This document shows positions 59,449 through 64,000 of a stretch of DNA of 64,000 nucleotides, one piece after another. The notes beneath the pieces were generated by a model. It was given only the letters and a program-made list of their open reading frames with translations. It did not search any database and was not told where the DNA came from. The stretch is taken from contig JBEPYN010000002.1 of NCBI GenBank assembly GCA_041641305.1, positions 320,001-384,000 on the forward strand, in the 5' to 3' direction. Position 1 is the stretch's first letter; each line of letters opens with the position of its first letter. Made by a program: the position numbers and the translations under genes. The stretch comes from Nitrososphaerota archaeon. Lineage in GTDB: Archaea > Thermoproteota > Nitrososphaeria_A > Caldarchaeales > Caldarchaeaceae.

Positions 59449-60543
59449 CTATTTCCTTCTCTCAAACTTTCTTCTTAATGCTATGAATGCTGCTCCTAGT
59501 ATTGGAATACTTACCAATCTCTCGATTACTCCGATATTATCATCCGGCTTTGGGAATTGGAAGTATGCACTAATCCCATCTATTGCTTGTTGAGTTATGC
59601 ATGTTATATCATTTATATCATTACAATTGGTAATAATCCTCAATGCTAAGAATGATATGATTACTATTGGTGTCCACACTACTAGTGGTAAAAATGCACT
59701 CTCTCCATACATCGCTATATATTTGTATAATAGATATGGAATTGACCCTAACTTATCTAATCTATTTCCTCTCCATAATTTTTTTCTTATTGCCTCCATC
59801 TCCCCTATGAAGAAGTGCGATGCTTCATTGAACAATAATCTGGTCTCATAATTCTTCCGCAATTGGTTATATATCTTTGATACCTCTTCATAATTATGAT
59901 TCTTATCAAGGAACTCTTCATCTACTATTATATTCCTCTTTACAAGACCTAAAAACTCAGACCTTTCTCTCCATTCAACATTATAAAACTCGACATTTGT
60001 TAGATCTACTCCTTTAAACGATACTGTTTGTAAACGTAATGGATTATCTGCTTTTCCAATGAACCTAACTTTTTTTCTGAATGTTGAATAATCAAATCTT
60101 ATTGTAATATCATCACTACATTCTAAAGTAAAAATATAGGAAAAATCAACTTCATCCATGAAATCTGTATATGCGAAATTTGCTTCCTTGAATTTTGCTC
60201 CATTGAAATTTGCCTCCTCGAATTCTGCTCCAATGAAATATACAGGTTCTTTAAATTCAATCTTTAAGCCTTTTTCCCTAATAGGCCTAAAATCAAAACT
60301 AGGAAGGTTAAACCCTATACAGAATAACGGTTCCCCCTTTGTAATAGCATCTTCGACAAGCTTATAAAACTCCTTACGTACTTCTTCCTCATGGATGGAG
60401 GAGGATCTCCAATAATCTTTAGCATGAAATATACAATATCCATTACTTATAGGGTTATGAGGACATTTATAATCTTTAAGAGTTCCAACCTTCCTATCCC
60501 GATATTCAATAGTATAGTTGCACATATCTAAAGAGACAAACAT
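59449..60543 (-). CDS. Pentapeptide-repeat membrane protein, AT-rich
   Basis: YCIFH, AEFEEANFNGAKFKEANF repeats, YGES plus C-terminal TM helices. Confidence 0.82.
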   Translation of the reverse strand: MFVSLDMCNYTIEYRDRKVGTLKDYKCPHNPISNGYCIFHAKDYWRSSSIHEEEVRKEFYKLVEDAITKGEPLFCIGFNLPSFDFRPIREKGLKIEFKEPVYFIGAEFEEANFNGAKFKEANFAYTDFMDEVDFSYIFTLECSDDITIRFDYSTFRKKVRFIGKADNPLRLQTVSFKGVDLTNVEFYNVEWRERSEFLGLVKRNIIVDEEFLDKNHNYEEVSKIYNQLRKNYETRLLFNEASHFFIGEMEAIRKKLWRGNRLDKLGSIPYLLYKYIAMYGESAFLPLVVWTPIVIISFLALRIITNCNDINDITCITQQAIDGISAYFQFPKPDDNIGVIERLVSIPILGAAFIALRRKFERRK

Positions 60544-60549
60544 CTCCTA

Positions 60550-60678
60550 TTAAAATATAATACCATAAAACGCCCTCCCCATCATTGTGCCGCACTCGGG
60601 GCACCTGTCGGACATCACCATCCTATACTCCATACATCTGCTGCAGTATCTGTAGCCGTCCGCATATCTCCGGGCCAT
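60550..60678 (-). CDS. Family Zn-finger protein, 3'-truncated (42 aa, not in ORF track)
   Basis: MARRYADGYRYCSRCMEYRMVMSDRCPECGTMMGR|AFYGIIF. Confidence 0.65.
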   Translation of the reverse strand: MARRYADGYRYCSRCMEYRMVMSDRCPECGTMMGRAFYGIIF

Positions 60679-60821
60679 GGGGATATGCTATGTTCAGGTG
60701 CATTTAGCTGGATATGTGGTCAAGAGGCCTCCACCATAGCTGTGTCCTCGTTGCCGAGAAATGAGCTGAGGTATTGTTCTGAAGCGTCTAACTTTGACTA
60801 GGGGCTGGAGTTCGTTGAAGC

Positions 60822-61031
60822 TCATATTCTCGCCTTCAATAGCTTCGCGGCCTCTTCCGGGCTTAGCCCAAGCTTCTTAAAGCTGTTCTGGTAGCCGCAT
60901 CTCGGGCAGACCACGTATACCCACAGCCTTGCCCCTGCTCCGTTTACCGGTACTCCTCCGCTGTGTGGGTAGCTCTCCACGCGGCCGCCTTCGAGGCCGT
61001 CTCCACAGCTTACGCATCTAAGAGTTTTCAT
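60822..61031 (-). CDS. Small Zn-ribbon protein
   Basis: CVSC...CPRC; promoter at 61055-61072. Confidence 0.7.
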   Translation of the reverse strand: MKTLRCVSCGDGLEGGRVESYPHSGGVPVNGAGARLWVYVVCPRCGYQNSFKKLGLSPEEAAKLLKARI

Positions 61032-61054
61032 GCTCCTACTGTGTTCTGGGATGG

Positions 61055-61086
61055 ATTTATCCGGATTAGGCCTTATCCAGATATAT
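61055..61086. promoter_or_regulatory. Bidirectional element promoter sharing one AGGCCT core
   Basis: ATTTAT-ccggatt-AGGCCT-tatccag-ATATAT; starts at 61031 (-) and 61113 (+). Confidence 0.7.
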
Positions 61087-61112
61087 CCATGGCCAATCTA
61101 TTGGCCGGTGGA

Positions 61113-61535
61113 GTGTCTACTCTGGACGACTATGGCGAGCCCCCTGCCGATACTGGCATTACGGCCGAGTATGTGATGAGGCTTATCGAAAGCGGTCAAG
61201 GTAGACCGGTTAAGATAATGGGTAAAACGGTGGGATACCTTTACCCTACCCGTTTCGGGAAACTCTATGTAACGAAGAGAGCTGATTCGGAGCTTTTCCT
61301 GAAGTATGACAGCTTCGGTATAAGCGACTCGGTGCTCCGCATGGTGGCTGCAAACGGCGCTGAGAAGGTGGCAATCATCCATGCCGGCGTCGATGTATAT
61401 ATGAGCGATGTCCAGCAATGGTTCACAGACGCTATACGGCACTGGTGGGCTGAGGGCCACGAGCTTCAGCTACATCTTCCTAGGAGGCTGATGAAAAAGC
61501 TTCCACGGGAGCGCCAGCTTCAAGAGACATCTTAA
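61113..61535 (+). CDS. Hypothetical protein
   Basis: GTG start inferred from promoter spacing. Confidence 0.6.
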   Translation: MSTLDDYGEPPADTGITAEYVMRLIESGQGRPVKIMGKTVGYLYPTRFGKLYVTKRADSELFLKYDSFGISDSVLRMVAANGAEKVAIIHAGVDVYMSDVQQWFTDAIRHWWAEGHELQLHLPRRLMKKLPRERQLQETS

Positions 61536-61779
61536 TCCTGTTTATCATCTCGTCGAGGACCCTTAGCCCCTCTCTCCTCATAGAGACTTCATCTCGTGTT
61601 TTCGATTGGCTCAAGCTTTTCACGAACATGTTTCTGAGTAAAGCCATTTCCCCCTCAAGTATCTGTAGAAGTTTCTGTAACTCTGACGGGTCTCCACCGT
61701 TTCTTAGAATCGAGAGCGCGGCGTTGTAGGCCTCAGCAGCCCTCTCGGTGAAGATGAATAGTCTGTCTCCGGACCTCAA
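61480..61779 (-). CDS. Hypothetical helical protein, paralog of 62200-62436
   Basis: TATCTGG-TTAAAT 24 nt before TTG 61779. Confidence 0.55.
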   Translation of the reverse strand: MRSGDRLFIFTERAAEAYNAALSILRNGGDPSELQKLLQILEGEMALLRNMFVKSLSQSKTRDEVSMRREGLRVLDEMINRIKMSLEAGAPVEAFSSAS

Positions 61780-61834
61780 CGGATATTGTGGGGGTGTCGG
61801 TAGATTTAACCAGATAAAAAACCGCTCTTCTCGT

Positions 61835-62152
61835 CTACATTGATTTAATGAGGAACTGAAGGTCGCCATTAATATCATAAACGGCTAGCAGCTTTCCCCC
61901 GCTGCTTTCAGCCCATTTTCTGACCGCCTCGATTATGATGGTTCTCAGGGCGCGCCTGTCTCCTCTCTGATAAGCCCTGAACGCGTTCTCATAGGCTTCT
62001 TGGTCAATTTCATCCAGCAGCTTTATTTCGAGTGGCTCGGGGTGGCCATGTTGCATTCGATAGAGTCTAATGGGGGCTATTAGCTTGACGTGTATGTGGC
62101 TTTCGCTGAAGACGGCGAGGGTGTCAGCCCTCGAGGTCTTTGAAGCAAGCAT
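61835..62152 (-). CDS. Hypothetical protein
   Basis: ORF with TATA-like ATAAAT upstream. Confidence 0.5.
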   Translation of the reverse strand: MLASKTSRADTLAVFSESHIHVKLIAPIRLYRMQHGHPEPLEIKLLDEIDQEAYENAFRAYQRGDRRALRTIIIEAVRKWAESSGGKLLAVYDINGDLQFLIKSM

Positions 62153-62199
62153 TCGCCGTATCTTTGTCGCTGTTGGTGGATTTATTGTTATAAACAGGC

Positions 62200-62436
62200 T
62201 TAGGTAAGCTCGTTGTCTATCGCATTAATCAGCATCCTAATCACGACTAGCCCCCGCCGTCTAAGCCTGTAGGCGCGGCCGCTCTTGACCGAGTCGAGCC
62301 TGAGCTCGGCTACATCCGCTTCTGACGAGAGGAGGTTCCTCAGCCTCCTCATGCTGGCCCTGTCTCTTCTGCGCAGGGCTGCAGCAGCTTCGCGAACATA
62401 CTTGGCCGCATCCTCTGTCAGAATTGCTTCGGTCAC
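62200..62436 (-). CDS. Hypothetical helical protein
   Basis: Similar to 61480-61779. Confidence 0.55.
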   Translation of the reverse strand: MTEAILTEDAAKYVREAAAALRRRDRASMRRLRNLLSSEADVAELRLDSVKSGRAYRLRRRGLVVIRMLINAIDNELT

Positions 62437-62484
62437 GCCATAACTACGGGCTGGCCTGCTGGATTTAATGTTATGAGGTTGGCG

Positions 62485-62504
62485 CCTGTCAACATGTTGA
62501 CAGG
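62485..62504. promoter_or_regulatory. Perfect 20-bp palindrome CCTGTCAACATGTTGACAGG (operator)
   Basis: Intergenic, between two TATA-like boxes. Confidence 0.7.
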
Positions 62505-62633
62505 TAAGCGGCCCATGAGATTATTTAAGGGGATAAAAATGCCTGCGCTGGACATAGGGTAGAAGGATTAGACGCAACTGATAGATAGGGCTTTATCCCG
62601 TTAAATCCATCGCAATTATCTGGTTGTTTTGGG

Positions 62634-62882
62634 ATGAGTGTGGAGGAGCTGGAGAGGGAGAGGGCTAGGGAGGAGTTCGTGGCGGATATGCTTCTGCCGC
62701 CGATTTTTATGCTTACAAGCATGCTTTCAGCCCTTGCGGCGGCGCTCCTCATACACCCCATTCTCCCGGCTTTGGGGCTTTATGTGGCCGCTATACCTAT
62801 AGGGGTAGCGGCTGCGGTTACCCTGGTGGTTAGATGGATGTGGAGGAGGAGGATTTCAGCCAGGTACGGGAGGTCTAGCTGA
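62634..62882 (+). CDS. Small 2-TM membrane protein
   Basis: Promoter variant at 62589-62606. Confidence 0.6.
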   Translation: MSVEELERERAREEFVADMLLPPIFMLTSMLSALAAALLIHPILPALGLYVAAIPIGVAAAVTLVVRWMWRRRISARYGRSS

Positions 62883-63087
62883 ACCTCTGCCTGCCGCTCA
62901 AGTAGATGTATGCTATGTGGAAGTATATGGTGATGGCGGCGGCTATTACCGCTGTGAACCCAAGCTTCAGAACGGACTCGACAGACTCCGAAAGCCACAT
63001 AACAGCCATGATGAAGATGGCTGCAGCTTCGCTAAGATACATTGCTACTAGGTACTCTTTCAGACCCATCGTGTCAAAATACAGCAT
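62875..63087 (-). CDS. Small 2-TM membrane protein
   Basis: Hydrophobic ORF. Confidence 0.5.
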   Translation of the reverse strand: MLYFDTMGLKEYLVAMYLSEAAAIFIMAVMWLSESVESVLKLGFTAVIAAAITIYFHIAYIYLSGRQRFS

Positions 63088-63116
63088 TGGAAGGTAATTA
63101 ATGATTCTTCTGGGAC

Positions 63117-63132
63117 TGTCAACATGTTGACG
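63117..63132. promoter_or_regulatory. Palindromic operator TGTCAACATGTTGACG
   Basis: Intergenic copy. Confidence 0.65.
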
Positions 63133-63150
63133 GTTTCGAGCAGCATAGTG

Positions 63151-63627
63151 TTAGCGCAAGTCTGCCCTGGCCTCTAGCAGCGGCGTCTTGAGGAGCTGTG
63201 GTAGCCGGAACGGGCTGAGGCAGGCTTCGCGTAGGTCCATTATCCTGCCGCCGCTCAGCCTCCTTATCGCGAGGCTATTCTCGTAGCTTTTTATCAAGGT
63301 AGGGGGGTTTTTGAGCCTTATCTCAACACCTTCCTCAAGTGGTGTGGGGATGAGCGTTATGTCTACCATGGTGTAGACACCGTCCCTCACCTGCCTCAGG
63401 CTCTCCAGACTTGGTACATTGATGTTTTTGAAGACTTTGTAGACGCTGTCCCTCTTCATGCTTATGTCGAAGTGGTACTGCGTGGCTGGGCAGTACATCC
63501 TCACCCTCGTCCCACCTCTCTGCACCTCCATGCTTATGGCGCCGAGCTTTTCCTTGACATGGTTCCAGAGTAGCTCGACGCGTCTGTCGCAGTTGATTTT
63601 CCAGAAGCTGAACTCCAGTTCACTCAT
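63151..63627 (-). CDS. Hypothetical protein
   Basis: 158-aa ORF, coupled to the upstream gene. Confidence 0.55.
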   Translation of the reverse strand: MSELEFSFWKINCDRRVELLWNHVKEKLGAISMEVQRGGTRVRMYCPATQYHFDISMKRDSVYKVFKNINVPSLESLRQVRDGVYTMVDITLIPTPLEEGVEIRLKNPPTLIKSYENSLAIRRLSGGRIMDLREACLSPFRLPQLLKTPLLEARADLR

Positions 63628-64000
63628 CCCCCGTCAACCATATCTTCACTTGCCTGTTTATTATCTTCTGAGGCCTTGGCGAGGCCGAGCGCCAGCAACA
63701 CCGCTCTGGCTTCCCTTCTGTCCTGTGATGTTGCAGGCGAGGTAACTGCTTTCAAAGCCTTCTCGAACAGGAACACCAGCCTTTCATCGGCAAGCCTGTC
63801 CATCAGAAGACGTCTAAGGGCGTGGTCGCCTTCTACAAAGGCGTCTGCTAGGCCGGGCAGCAGCGCCTCCGCGGGGGCCAGTAGCTCGAGGTATGGATGT
63901 TTCTCACGTAGCTTTTTCGCCACCTCTTCGACGCCGAAGTCTATCCACACCCTCCGATAGCCAGACGCCTTGAGCTCATCAAGTATCTTGGAATGTGTTA
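63624..64000 (-). CDS. Hypothetical protein (5' end beyond window)
   Basis: Frame open to the window edge. Confidence 0.5.
   Translation of the reverse strand, partial: THSKILDELKASGYRRVWIDFGVEEVAKKLREKHPYLELLAPAEALLPGLADAFVEGDHALRRLLMDRLADERLVFLFEKALKAVTSPATSQDRREARAVLLALGLAKASEDNKQASEDMVDGG

Larger units (their letters stand above)
26971..64000. mobile_element. Large putative integrated element (provirus/ICE-like), right end beyond window
   Basis: Starts at a tRNA fragment; abrupt switch from core genes to small ORFs and duplicated replication/repair genes; own promoter motif; no integrase seen. Confidence 0.75.

Overview
Archaeal DNA. Gene order and protein style suggest Aigarchaeota/Caldiarchaeum-like TACK archaea (inference). 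The window has three zones. (1) 1-8.75 kb is an accessory stretch: xanthine-dehydrogenase-family Mo and FAD subunits, a small protein plus two degenerate retropepsin-like genes, a frameshifted ABC-2 exporter and decayed wHTH/RHH genes. (2) 8.8-26.75 kb is core genome: rpl3-rpl4-rpl23-rpl2-rps19, priL, sod, nth, bcp, an A-type Fe-S carrier, rpoD-rpl18e-rpl13-rps9-rpoN-eno-rps2 and polB2. (3) From a tRNA-Arg(TCT) 3'-half at ~26.97 kb to the window end lies a large (>37 kb) putative integrated element. It encodes PCNA, an XPB-like helicase, a radical SAM protein, PLD and MYG1 nucleases, DprA, class II RNR, a stand-alone DnaG N-domain, SWIM-Hef, Hjc, HtpX, a truncated TFB, NurA-HerA and many small ORFs. 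No integrase or capsid gene is recognisable in the window. The main new signals are inside the element: about 20 copies of a fixed-geometry promoter (GGCCT-N7-TTAAAT, ~24-28 nt before start codons) together with an element-encoded TFB; a repeated operator palindrome TGTCAACAWGTTGAC; an unannotated 38-aa gene resembling the C-terminal cysteine tail missing from the element's RNR; a six-member Zn-finger family; and a 120-bp palindrome-bearing tandem repeat.
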